Below are positions 1-9,489 of a stretch of 64,000 nucleotides of DNA, in pieces (positions within the stretch are counted from its first letter, which is position 1; each line of letters opens with the position of its first letter). Source of the stretch: Ferruginibacter sp. (GTDB lineage: Bacteria > Bacteroidota > Bacteroidia > Chitinophagales > Chitinophagaceae); contig DATHHR010000149.1 of NCBI GenBank assembly GCA_035317105.1, forward strand, positions 172 to 64,171. Reading direction: 5' to 3'. The notes under the pieces were generated by a model that had not been told where the DNA came from, ran no database searches, and saw only the letters and a list, made by a program, of their open reading frames with translations. The position numbers and the translations under genes are program-made.

Positions 1-357
1 GTGATAGGGGGTGATTATGAATTCTTGGTCAATAGTGAATTGCGTTTTGCAGTATTAGGAAAATTAAAGGGAGCGTTATTTGCAGATATAGGAAATGTAT
101 GGACAAAAGATACTGTAATATTCGGCAGGGAAGGCCAGTTAAAAAGTGATTGGTATAAAGAGCTTGCCGTATCATCGGGGTTTGGATTACGATATGATGC
201 TACGGTGATATTGATAAGGTTAGATCTTGGTATACCATTGCGCAAACCATATTTACCAGAGGGCCAACGCTGGGTATTTGACCAGATAGCTTTTGGAGAC
301 AAGTATTGGAGAAGAGATAATTTAATTTTAAACCTGGCGATAGGATATCCATTCTAG
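1..357 (+). CDS. Omp85 (BamA/TamA) family outer-membrane protein, C-terminal fragment; 5' end lies outside the window
   Basis: ORF is open from the window edge. Terminal beta-barrel strands carry GNVW and GFGLRYD motifs and an aromatic C-terminus (LAIGYPF), typical of the surface antigen D15 family. Confidence 0.75.
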   Translation: MIGGDYEFLVNSELRFAVLGKLKGALFADIGNVWTKDTVIFGREGQLKSDWYKELAVSSGFGLRYDATVILIRLDLGIPLRKPYLPEGQRWVFDQIAFGDKYWRRDNLILNLAIGYPF

Positions 358-372
358 CCAATAAACAACCGG

Positions 373-2496
373 ATGAAAACATTCACTACAATTCTGCTTG
401 GTATTTTACTTATTGCTGCAATAGGAGGGTATTGGTATCTTCAAAAAAATAAAAAGCATATCGTTAAAGATTCTATTGACAGTATGCTAAAGAAAAAAAC
501 CGACAGCCTTTATTTTGTTCACTACGATAGTTCTAAGATCGATGAAGTAAAGGGCGATGCTTCTTTTTACAATGTATACCTGCAATCAGATTCAATACAA
601 AAAGAGGTGCTTGCTGGGACGGATAGCTTACCCAAAACCATGTATAATATTCATGTTGATGAAATTAAAGTGGCTGGTGTAGATATAGCCGGGTTATTGG
701 AAAATGAAAGTATAGCAGCTAAAAAAATATTGTTGAATGAACCTGTGGTACAGGTAATTAATACAGGGTCTAATAAACCTGTGCCATCCAGTTATAATGA
801 TACTTTAGAATTGTACAAAAGAATATTGGGGAAATTTAAAAGCATTCATGCGGATACGATACAAGTTACTAATGGGATTGTTTTGATTACTGATAAAAAT
901 GGGAATGCACTTACTATATTTAAAAACATAAATGTAACACTGAATAATTTTTTGGTAGATAGTGTACACAATTACCAAAATGTAATCAGTTATTTTATCA
1001 AAGATGTGAAGGTGACTGTGGATAGCATACAGTTACCCGAATCAAATACCGGTACACGTATCAACATTGGCGGGTTGGCGTATGATGCACCTAAAAAAAT
1101 ATTACATGTAAATCAAGTGCTGCAGTATAGGGTTGGTGTTGCGGCGCCATTGATCGATCTAAAGAATATTAATATCAATACATTAAATACGGATGAATTT
1201 ATAGTAGACCAGCAATTAAAAGCCGGCATGATAACCTGCGATGGAGGGATCATCACTGTTTATAAGAATGGTAACAAAAGCCAAAGTAAAGATAAAAACC
1301 CTGAGATCAATTTTTCATCGGATCTTATTGATGAAGTAGCTGTTGATGGAATGAACCTGGGAAGTACAAATGTTATTATAATAGATACCTCCAACTCAAA
1401 AGAAAAACCTTTCATTCTGAATGATGTGCGTTTCACTGTTTCAAAAGTAAATAATGTTACCGATGGAACTAAGATCAGCGATATCATTAATAACGCAGCT
1501 TGGCAATTATCTGTGGGCAGCTTTTTGCTTTCTACAAAAAATAAATTATATGATATTACTGCTGCGGGTGTACAATTAGATAATGTTAAGCAAACAGTTA
1601 GTGTGCACTCTATACAAGTCCAACCAAAACTATCGGAACAACAATTTGTGCGACAAAGTATTCATCAACGGGATCGATTCGATCTTTTGTTCAATAATAT
1701 CGCATTGCAGGGAGTTAATTTTAAAGAATTGATAAGCGATAATAAGCTGGAAGTCAATAATGGTTCTTTACAGCCTATTATTAAAGTATTTAATGATAGA
1801 ACAGTACCTCCTGATAGTTCCAGTAAGGTGAGCAAATACCCTAATCAACAATTGATAAAATTAAATTTCCCGTTTTATATTAAGGAATTGAAAGTAAACA
1901 ATGGATACGTTGCTTATACTGAAAGATCGAAACAATCACTGAAGACAGGCACAGTGTTTTTTAGCAACATCAATGCAACGCTTACCAATATTACAAATAT
2001 TGATGAAAAGGTAAAAGCTAACGAGCTGCTAACTTTGCGTGCTACAGCACTCTTTATGGGAGCAGGGAAACTTACCAGTCAATGGCAACTGCCATTGACT
2101 TTAACGGATACAAGCTTTACTGTAAAAGGTAATTTAGGTACTATGAATACAAGCGTTTTAAACCCTTTAATAGAACCTTTAGGAATGGTATCTGTAAAGA
2201 ATGGAACCATCAATAGACTTACTTTCAATATTCGGGGAGGTAATTACAGGTCTACCGGAAAGGTATTGTTTTTATACAAAGACTTACATGTTAAAGTCCT
2301 TAAAAAAGATAAAGATAATAACCTCAAATCTAAAAATATTGAAAGTATTATTGCTGATGCTGCTATCAAAAGCGATAATCCCCTGAAAGGGAATAATAGA
2401 ACAGGCACGATTGACTTTAACCGTGATACGACCAAATCCTTCTTCAACTTTTTATGGAAAAGTGTTTTTTCTGGCGTAAAGAAAATAGCCCTGTAA
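373..2496 (+). CDS. N-terminally anchored, beta-rich envelope protein (AsmA-like; family assignment is inference)
   Basis: 707-aa ORF starting 16 nt after the Omp85 gene, with an N-terminal TM helix (ILLGILLIAAIGGYWYL). The C-terminal module (LFLYKDLHVKVL ... FNRDTTKSFFNFLWKSV) is shared with the ORF at 58993..62808. Confidence 0.8.
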   Translation: MKTFTTILLGILLIAAIGGYWYLQKNKKHIVKDSIDSMLKKKTDSLYFVHYDSSKIDEVKGDASFYNVYLQSDSIQKEVLAGTDSLPKTMYNIHVDEIKVAGVDIAGLLENESIAAKKILLNEPVVQVINTGSNKPVPSSYNDTLELYKRILGKFKSIHADTIQVTNGIVLITDKNGNALTIFKNINVTLNNFLVDSVHNYQNVISYFIKDVKVTVDSIQLPESNTGTRINIGGLAYDAPKKILHVNQVLQYRVGVAAPLIDLKNININTLNTDEFIVDQQLKAGMITCDGGIITVYKNGNKSQSKDKNPEINFSSDLIDEVAVDGMNLGSTNVIIIDTSNSKEKPFILNDVRFTVSKVNNVTDGTKISDIINNAAWQLSVGSFLLSTKNKLYDITAAGVQLDNVKQTVSVHSIQVQPKLSEQQFVRQSIHQRDRFDLLFNNIALQGVNFKELISDNKLEVNNGSLQPIIKVFNDRTVPPDSSSKVSKYPNQQLIKLNFPFYIKELKVNNGYVAYTERSKQSLKTGTVFFSNINATLTNITNIDEKVKANELLTLRATALFMGAGKLTSQWQLPLTLTDTSFTVKGNLGTMNTSVLNPLIEPLGMVSVKNGTINRLTFNIRGGNYRSTGKVLFLYKDLHVKVLKKDKDNNLKSKNIESIIADAAIKSDNPLKGNNRTGTIDFNRDTTKSFFNFLWKSVFSGVKKIAL

Positions 2497-2557
2497 TTGG
2501 TGGCATGTTCTTTGAAACCTTTGTTAACAGGGGTTTTAAAGCATCCAGATTGAGTAT

Positions 2558-3043
2558 ATGACAAAACATTTATTAGTTACTATATTTTTGGTCGGTATAT
2601 ATTTTACAGGCATCTCTCAGCAGTTAAATTGTGTAGATCCATCGCATATAGCATTTGCAGCTAAAATTACCAGCGTTAAAAATATGGATCAGGGTATTTA
2701 TATTTCAATTAAGACTACCGTTACCAATAATTCTTCTGATACATTAAGGTATTTGTCTACGACCTGTTCCTGGGGTAAAAATTATGTTATCAACAAGGAA
2801 GCACTTAATATTCCTGTTGCTTCCTGTAATGAGGATTCGGCTGTATTAATAACGATCGCGCCACATCAATACAATGAAAAGATCATTAGGATAATATCGC
2901 TTTACAATGCAGAACAATTGCATGGTATAAAATTTAAAGTAGGGATGAAATTTGTACAGGCATGTGACTTAGATAAAGCCTCAAAAGAACTAAGGCGATC
3001 TAAAAATATGATCTGGAGCAATAACCTGCAGCTTAAAAATTAA
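2558..3043 (+). CDS. Secreted hypothetical protein
   Basis: 161-aa ORF with a hydrophobic N-terminal signal-like segment (LLVTIFLVGIYFTGISQQ). A hairpin follows. No family recognised. Confidence 0.6.
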   Translation: MTKHLLVTIFLVGIYFTGISQQLNCVDPSHIAFAAKITSVKNMDQGIYISIKTTVTNNSSDTLRYLSTTCSWGKNYVINKEALNIPVASCNEDSAVLITIAPHQYNEKIIRIISLYNAEQLHGIKFKVGMKFVQACDLDKASKELRRSKNMIWSNNLQLKN

Positions 3044-3074
3044 AAGCATGAATTTCTTTTCGAAATCCATGCTT
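3044..3074. terminator. Hairpin between convergent genes
   Basis: aagcatgaattt / aaatccatgctt, a 12-bp stem with one mismatch, lying between the stops at 3043 (+) and 3096 (-). Confidence 0.5.
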
Positions 3075-3095
3075 TGAAAATAGGGAGGATCAAAA

Positions 3096-3266
3096 CTATT
3101 TTGATTTGAATATGGTAACGCCTAATAAAAAACTCAGCACTACCAGTACTACAAATACAAAGAAAATTGTTTTAGCGATCGAAGCAGCTCCTGCTTCTAC
3201 GCCTGTAAATCCAAATATCCCTGCTATAATAGCAATTACAAAAAATATCAGTGTCCATCTTAACAT
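3096..3266 (-). CDS. DUF1328 (YtjA-like) small membrane protein, 56 aa; below the ORF-track cutoff
   Basis: Hand translation gives [56 protein letters not shown]. This matches the DUF1328 pattern of two TM helices with a GFxG..AG..IAK core. Confidence 0.8.
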   Translation of the reverse strand: MLRWTLIFFVIAIIAGIFGFTGVEAGAASIAKTIFFVFVVLVVLSFLLGVTIFKSK

Positions 3267-3490
3267 ATAGATTCATTTTAGTTATCAGGTATACTACAAA
3301 ACTGTTACCAATCATTTTCTAGTGCAAACATTGATACCGGTGGGAAAAAATCGCTTCTTATAAAACTTCTGTGTGGAAGTTTCTCTACGAAACATATTGC
3401 CAGATCAGCCATGGACCTATGCTGGCAACTATGGTATTATTTTTGAAAATACAGAGATAACCGAATTAATTAGTTTATAAAATTCCAATT

Positions 3491-3835
3491 ATGAAAATTC
3501 TTATTTTAGATGATGACACTGACCTTTGTGCATTATTAAAAATGTTCTTTGAAAGAAAAGGGCATATGGTTTTAATGGCCAATACTTTGATCGATGGATT
3601 AACGATCATTGATGAGCAGGAGCCTTTAATTGTTTTCATAGATAATGTGCTGCCTGATGGAGAAGGCTGGAAGGCAGCAAAAACAATTAAATACAAGCAT
3701 CCTGAAATAAAAATAAACCTGATGTCTGGAAAAGATAAAAGCTTTGCTTCAACATACGAAGAAGATGATTTTATCTGGGAAAAACCCATCACATCAACAC
3801 AGCTGGAAACCTACCTGCAATTTATTAAAAAGTAG
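3491..3835 (+). CDS. Stand-alone response-regulator receiver domain
   Basis: 114 aa with an MKILILDDD acidic pocket and an FIDNVLPDGEG phospho-acceptor region. No output domain. Confidence 0.85.
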   Translation: MKILILDDDTDLCALLKMFFERKGHMVLMANTLIDGLTIIDEQEPLIVFIDNVLPDGEGWKAAKTIKYKHPEIKINLMSGKDKSFASTYEEDDFIWEKPITSTQLETYLQFIKK

Positions 3836-3901
3836 GAGGTATCAAGTAGGAAGTATCAGGTATAAAGTAGCAAGATAAAATACAAGATAGATACGGGACA
3901 C

Positions 3902-3933
3902 AAAAAAGCAGATCAAAATGATCTGCTTTTTTT
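3902..3933. terminator. Bidirectional rho-independent terminator
   Basis: A-tract, then the 8-bp perfect stem agcagatc/gatctgct, then a T-tract. Lies between convergent genes. Confidence 0.7.
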
Positions 3934-3971
3934 ATTAGATAATAGCGTGAGTGTTAAATCTTGCTACTTTT

Positions 3972-5393
3972 TTATTGCGATTCCTCGTAATTTTTTATCT
4001 TATTATATAATGTCTTACGGTCTATTTTCAATAGCTCTGCAGCTTTTGTTTTATTAAAATTCACTTCTTTCAGCACGTTCATGATAGCTTCGTATTCTGC
4101 TTTTGAGGCAGTATCCTTAAGGTCTACTGTTGCATCTTTTGGTGCGGCAGCAGTTCCTGCTGTTTTTTGCGGCTCATACGCTGCTTCTGCCGTGGCATTA
4201 GTGATCTCCCACGGTAAGGTAGCTGTAGATATCTTACCGGAATCTGTAAGCAATACAGAGCGCCTTACAACATTTCTAAATTCACGTAAGTTGCCCGGCC
4301 ATGAATAGTTAATGAACATATCCATTATCTCATCTTCAAAACCATCTAAGCTTTTATTGAGTTCATTTTGTGTTCTGCTTAAAAAGAATTCGGCAAAAAG
4401 TGGGATATCGTTCTTTCTTTGTCTTAATGGTGGCAGGTTAATAGAGAATTCATTAAAACGGTGGTATAGATCTTCCCTGAATTTTCCTTTACGGTAAGCT
4501 TCCTGTAAGTTTTCATTAGAGGCTACAATGATGCGTACATCAACATCCATTTCTTTTACGCCGCCAACTCTTTTGAATTTTCTTTCCTGTATCACGCGTA
4601 ATAAAGATGCCTGGATCTCGGCAGATAAATTGGCTACTTCATCTAAAAACAAAGTACCGCCATTGGCTAATTCAAAATGGCCCTCTTTATCTGTCAATGC
4701 GCCGGTGAATGAACCCTTCATGTGACCGAATAATTCGCTGCCAGCCAGTTCTTTTGATAAAGTACCGCAGTCCATTGCAATAAAAGGCTTATTGCTCCTG
4801 CTGCTTTTTTCATGTATTGTTTTGGCAATAACTTCTTTACCTGTTCCGCTTTCGCCGTATAAAATAATACTGAAATTAGTAGGGGCAACAATATCGATCT
4901 GCTTATACAATTCTTTGGTAGCACCAGCGGTACCCACCATAAATTCATTATTAACAGCTGATCTTGATTCTTTTGTTTTTGAAGATGATTGCCCTGTTTC
5001 TTTTAACGAGGCAGCTGTTGCAGAAGGAATATTATTAAGCGCTTTGCTTAAAACATTTAATACTTCATCAGGGATCAGTGGCTTGGTGATATAATCGTAT
5101 GCACCTAATTTGATCACATCTACTGCAGTTTTAATATCCGAATACCCGGTAATGATCAAAACAATGGTTTGGGGATTAATGCTTTTGATCTCCAATAAAA
5201 TATCCTTGCCATCTTTTTTATCGCCTAAACGGAAATCACATAATACCGCATCAAATTTTTGATCTTTGAATTTTTCTATGCCTTTTGTACCTGAATGGGC
5301 CGTATCTACTTCGTAGCCATTCTTAGTAAGAAAACGATCCAATAATACGCACATATCAGCATCATCGTCAATTACTAAAATTCTCTTCTTCAT
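3972..5393 (-). CDS. NtrC-type sigma-54-dependent response regulator (receiver + AAA+ + Fis HTH), intact
   Basis: 473 aa. Contains a receiver (ILVIDDD, CDFRLGD), Walker A GESGTGKE, the GAFTGA-type loop GSFTGA, Walker B LFLDEV, RVGG, FREDLYHRF and a C-terminal Fis-type HTH (DRKTLYNKI). Confidence 0.95.
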   Translation of the reverse strand: MKKRILVIDDDADMCVLLDRFLTKNGYEVDTAHSGTKGIEKFKDQKFDAVLCDFRLGDKKDGKDILLEIKSINPQTIVLIITGYSDIKTAVDVIKLGAYDYITKPLIPDEVLNVLSKALNNIPSATAASLKETGQSSSKTKESRSAVNNEFMVGTAGATKELYKQIDIVAPTNFSIILYGESGTGKEVIAKTIHEKSSRSNKPFIAMDCGTLSKELAGSELFGHMKGSFTGALTDKEGHFELANGGTLFLDEVANLSAEIQASLLRVIQERKFKRVGGVKEMDVDVRIIVASNENLQEAYRKGKFREDLYHRFNEFSINLPPLRQRKNDIPLFAEFFLSRTQNELNKSLDGFEDEIMDMFINYSWPGNLREFRNVVRRSVLLTDSGKISTATLPWEITNATAEAAYEPQKTAGTAAAPKDATVDLKDTASKAEYEAIMNVLKEVNFNKTKAAELLKIDRKTLYNKIKNYEESQ

Positions 5394-5805
5394 ATTCTAT
5401 TTTGTTTTACTAAAGATACAACTTAGTTTTTTGACCCTTTAGTTTGAGGACACTACATACCCTAATTCACCTGTAGTATATTTAATTCCAAGGGTTTATT
5501 ACTTACTGTTGTTTGTGTTAAGGTTAAGATTGAGTAATATTCTATACACTAATGAAATATCTTGCCAAACACGTATTTTCAATAAATTTAGCTGTTACAC
5601 CATTAATTTTTTTAAAAAAAAGTAAAATTTTGTAGTAAAATTTACTCAAAATGGGTAATATCGTACTCGGATAGCATCTTAGTCTTAACGATATTAGGCA
5701 TTAATCTTCGACATTGTTGGCTTATTACAAAAAAATAAATGTTTTTGATAATTGGAAAGAAAATTGTGATAAGCAGTTGGAACTAATATAAATACTTTAA
5801 TAATA

Positions 5806-6162
5806 ATGTCAAACGTGTTAATTATAGATGATGAAATAGATATATGTTATCTGTTAAGTGGTATTTTGAAACACAAGAATTTACATCCCAATTATGTTAA
5901 TTCATTATCAGCCGCAGTCGATGCTTTAAAAAAACAGCGACCTTCAATAATTTTTTTAGATAATCATTTACCCGATGGAATGGGAATGGATTTTATAGAA
6001 TACATAAAAAAACATTCACCCTCAACTAAAATAATCATGATAACAGCCTACGATACTTCTGCCGATAGAAGCAAAGCATTAGAATTAGGCGTTGATGGGT
6101 TTATAGGTAAGCCTTTTACCAGAGAGATCATTTACCAGACAGTTGAGCAGGTAACCAGTTAA
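5806..6162 (+). CDS. Stand-alone response-regulator receiver domain
   Basis: 118 aa with VLIIDDE and FLDNHLPDGMG. Paralogous to 3491..3835. Confidence 0.85.
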   Translation: MSNVLIIDDEIDICYLLSGILKHKNLHPNYVNSLSAAVDALKKQRPSIIFLDNHLPDGMGMDFIEYIKKHSPSTKIIMITAYDTSADRSKALELGVDGFIGKPFTREIIYQTVEQVTS

Positions 6163-6334
6163 TATCCCCTTTTTGTAGAGCATTCTCCCCGCTTTTATGT
6201 TTCTCCTTATTTTTATAATTATAACGACGAAGTAAAACCATTGCTATTACTGTGTTTTAAAGAAATGAAATAGTTGGCAAAGTTTTTAAAGTATATGTTA
6301 TACATTTTATTATTTAACCTTAAAACATTATTTT

Positions 6335-6487
6335 ATGGGAAATTTACTTTATGTTATAGCAGTGATCTTAATAATAGCCTGGGCTATTGGTTTCTTAGGC
6401 TATCATGCCGGCGGCGTGATACATATTTTGTTGATCATCGCGATCATCGCAATATTATTAAGAGTGATACGCGGTGGAACTGTTTAA
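6335..6487 (+). CDS. lmo0937-family small membrane protein, 50 aa; below the ORF-track cutoff
   Basis: Hand translation gives MGNLLYVIAVILIIAWAIGFLGYHAGGVIHILLIIAIIAILLRVIRGGTV, which matches the family pattern. It replaces the implausible 87-aa ORF at 6274..6537. Confidence 0.8.
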   Translation: MGNLLYVIAVILIIAWAIGFLGYHAGGVIHILLIIAIIAILLRVIRGGTV

Positions 6488-6512
6488 ACTTTTTTAATCC
6501 AAAAATTATTTT

Positions 6513-6704
6513 ATGGAAAGCTGGAAACTACAATTGAATGGTAGTTGGAATGATACCAAAGGGAAAATTAAAAAACAATACGCCCAACTTACAGATGACG
6601 ACCTGTTGTATGAAGAGGGCGATGACGATCAGTTGCTTGGTAGATTACAGAAGAAATTAGGCAAAACAAAGCAGGAATTAAAAGATTGGATCGAAAGGTT
6701 ATAA
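6513..6704 (+). CDS. CsbD-family general stress protein
   Basis: 63 aa with KGKIKKQYAQLTDDDL ... GRLQKKLGKTKQE, typical of CsbD. Confidence 0.85.
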   Translation: MESWKLQLNGSWNDTKGKIKKQYAQLTDDDLLYEEGDDDQLLGRLQKKLGKTKQELKDWIERL

Positions 6705-6778
6705 TTCCAATTAGAATAATTATTTTGCAGGTATGCCCTTCATCAACAGGTGAGGGGCATTCTTCTAAAAAAGAAAAT

Positions 6779-7885
6779 ATGGAAAATCAATTACCCTATT
6801 ACATACGCTTGTGCGCAAAATTGTTGCTGCTTTTTTTAATAGGTTGGATAGCTAATATAGGGAAGAGCATTATTGTGCCTGTCTATTTTTCTATATTACT
6901 GGCTATCTTATTATTGCCTTTGGCCAACGCCATTGAAAGATTGAAGATACCAAAAGCAATCGCAGACCTTACATCCGTACTACTTGCAGTAGGCGTAATT
7001 GCAGTGCTCATCTATTTTCTATCTACACAGATATCTTCTTTCGTAGGCGATATGCCATCTATAAGAAGGCATTTGTCTGAACATTATTATGCACTAAGAG
7101 ATTGGGTCAATAGCCAATTAAATATCAGCTTTACGCAGCAAACGGTATTCATCCACAATACAACAAAACAAATAACCAGCTCTGGCGGAAGCTATGTAGG
7201 ACAAACATTTTCTTCCTTAACGGAAACATTTATCACCATGGTGATAGTGACAATATTTACTTTTCTTATATTATTTTACAGGCATTTAATAAGGCAATTC
7301 CTGCTGGCTGTTTTTAGAAAAGAACATGTTAGTAAAGTAGAAGAAGTATTGCAGGAATCAAAAAGCATGGTAAAGCATTATATGCTTGGCCTTTTAACAG
7401 AGATGGCGATCATTGCGACTGTTAATTCAATTATTTTACTTTGCCTGGGTATTAAGTACGCTATATTCCTGGGTGTTTTCATTGCTATTTTAAATGTTGT
7501 TCCTTACATCGGTATCATAACGGGGATCTTATTTACAGTTTTGGTCACGCTTACAACATCGTCTAATTCGCATGACATTATTTGGATAATTATTGCCATA
7601 GGGATAGTGCACATGGTCGATAGCAATGTATTAATGCCAAGGATAGTAGGTTCTAGAGTAAAGATAAATGCATTACTGGCTATAACGGGCGTATTGGTAG
7701 GTGGAAGTATCATGGGAATTGCAGGCATATTTTTAGCATTGCCCACATTAGCCATTCTTAAAATAATATTTGACAGGGTAGAAGGGCTGGAGCCCTGGGG
7801 GTTATTACTTGGAGATGAATTTTATGCCGGGAAAAAAAGTAAGATCAAAAAAAATAAACCCGGTACCGAAGAGTCTGATAATTAG
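6779..7885 (+). CDS. AI-2E (PerM/UPF0118) family transporter
   Basis: Multi-TM protein with the C-terminal signature VDSNVLMPRIVGSRVKINALL...GIFLALP. The start is moved to the ATG at 6779 (MENQLPYY) because the ORF-track start overlaps csbD. Confidence 0.85.
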   Translation: MENQLPYYIRLCAKLLLLFLIGWIANIGKSIIVPVYFSILLAILLLPLANAIERLKIPKAIADLTSVLLAVGVIAVLIYFLSTQISSFVGDMPSIRRHLSEHYYALRDWVNSQLNISFTQQTVFIHNTTKQITSSGGSYVGQTFSSLTETFITMVIVTIFTFLILFYRHLIRQFLLAVFRKEHVSKVEEVLQESKSMVKHYMLGLLTEMAIIATVNSIILLCLGIKYAIFLGVFIAILNVVPYIGIITGILFTVLVTLTTSSNSHDIIWIIIAIGIVHMVDSNVLMPRIVGSRVKINALLAITGVLVGGSIMGIAGIFLALPTLAILKIIFDRVEGLEPWGLLLGDEFYAGKKSKIKKNKPGTEESDN

Positions 7886-9315
7886 TTATTAAAAACTGTT
7901 GTAACAAAATCAAATTTGATCATAAATGTAGTGCCTTGTCCGGGCTTGCTATCTACACTGATTATGCCTTTGTGGTTTAAAATAATGTTTTGGGTATTGG
8001 CTAATCCTAAACCGTTACCTTTTGTTTTAGTAGTGAAATAAGGTTCAAATAATTTACTTACAGCAACTGTATCCATACCTACTCCGTTATCATGTATTTC
8101 AACTATACATTTACCATTTTCTCCACGGGTAACGATCTTTAATACGCCTTTATCAGGTTCCATAGCCTCGATCGCATTGACGATGATATTGAGAAAAGCA
8201 ATTTTTATTTTATTGATATCTACAGCAATATCACACATACTATCGCTGTAATTTTTTTCTATGCGTACACGATTCAATTCTATCCTGTCTTTTGCCAGCT
8301 CCAATGCTTCATCCAATAAAATATTTATAGAAACATTTTCAAAAGTAAGGTCTAAAAATCTTGTTGTATTCAATAGCTCTGTTATCAACTGATTGATACG
8401 TTTACTATTGCGGTTGATCATGTCAAATAGCATTGTAGAATTTTCATCAGGGTTACTGAGATCTGTTTTTAACTGACTAACGGCCAGGTCTATGTTAGTT
8501 AAAGGGTTACGCACTTCATGCGCTATCGTGCGGGCAATTCTTCCTGTGGCAGCAAATTTTTCTGTGTGCCTCATTTGCAGCAATTCCTTATTGGCTACGC
8601 CGAGCTCCTCAATTCTGTTCCTCAGTTCGTCCTGGTATTCGGTAACCTTTTTATCGGCAGTTTTGCGTGCTTTGTTTTCCCTGATATAAGTTATAAATCC
8701 AAAGATGGCGAATAAAAATGCCAATATCAAAGAGGTGACAATGATGATATTCATGGTCACATATCCTGCATGGAGTTCTTTGTTTCTTGCGGCAAACTGC
8801 TCCTGCTCTTTCGTTTTCATCAATCCGATCACGTAGCGGATACTGTCCATTAGCACTTTTCCTTGCGTGTTGCTTTTCCAGGTGCTGTCTTCCAGGCTGA
8901 TCTTATCTATTTTAACACGGTTGATCCCGGCTTGTAATCGATCATACTTCTGATCGATCAGGCTTTTAGCCGTGTATAATAATATCTGTTGTGATGTATT
9001 ATCTTTTGTATCAGCTTCTAATAGGTAAAAAGTGTTGTTGACATTTTTTCTGCTGCCATAATATGGAGCTAAATAACTTTCATCTCTCATTATTATGTAT
9101 CCTCTCACACTTGTTTCGGCATCTTTTACATACGATGCCAGATCTTCCATATGCGTGATAGTAGTATTACTATGCGTAACCAATTTTGATTGGGAGATCA
9201 ATTCCTGATTAGCATACCAGGTAAGTAAATATGAAACCAGTAATAGCAAAAAAGCAGCTCCATAGCCAACTTTAATGCGGTAATCTAATCGTAATTGCTT
9301 TAAGATATTGATCAT
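7882..9315 (-). CDS. CHASE3-domain sensor histidine kinase
   Basis: 477 aa. An N-terminal TM plus CHASE3-like region (ETSVRGYIIMRDESYLAPYY) is followed by a second TM, the H-box IAHEVRNPL and an HATPase_c domain (DNGVGM, GNGLGL). Confidence 0.9.
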   Translation of the reverse strand: MINILKQLRLDYRIKVGYGAAFLLLLVSYLLTWYANQELISQSKLVTHSNTTITHMEDLASYVKDAETSVRGYIIMRDESYLAPYYGSRKNVNNTFYLLEADTKDNTSQQILLYTAKSLIDQKYDRLQAGINRVKIDKISLEDSTWKSNTQGKVLMDSIRYVIGLMKTKEQEQFAARNKELHAGYVTMNIIIVTSLILAFLFAIFGFITYIRENKARKTADKKVTEYQDELRNRIEELGVANKELLQMRHTEKFAATGRIARTIAHEVRNPLTNIDLAVSQLKTDLSNPDENSTMLFDMINRNSKRINQLITELLNTTRFLDLTFENVSINILLDEALELAKDRIELNRVRIEKNYSDSMCDIAVDINKIKIAFLNIIVNAIEAMEPDKGVLKIVTRGENGKCIVEIHDNGVGMDTVAVSKLFEPYFTTKTKGNGLGLANTQNIILNHKGIISVDSKPGQGTTFMIKFDFVTTVFNN

Positions 9316-9489
9316 AATATACTAGCGTCCGGTTTTAGTTTGGGGAATTTAATTCTCAAAAGTAGTAACTCTATTAACTATAATACATAAAAACCAAGCC
9401 AAATTATAGTGGTATAGATATTGTCTTTCCCTAATGAAAGATAAACTATTAAAGAATTTGAATTTCAAATGTAAGAAATAATACTACTT

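Noticed and set aside
3836-3900. Purine-rich quasi-repeats (aagtagg aagtatcagg tataaagtagc aagataaaatac aagataga).
   Set aside because: This is low-complexity sequence without clear periodicity or pairing potential. It is probably just the spacer before the bidirectional terminator.
6274-6537. 87-aa ORF from the six-frame track.
   Set aside because: It has a non-ATG start and an implausible composition. It overlaps a much better 50-aa lmo0937-family ORF in another frame and runs into csbD.
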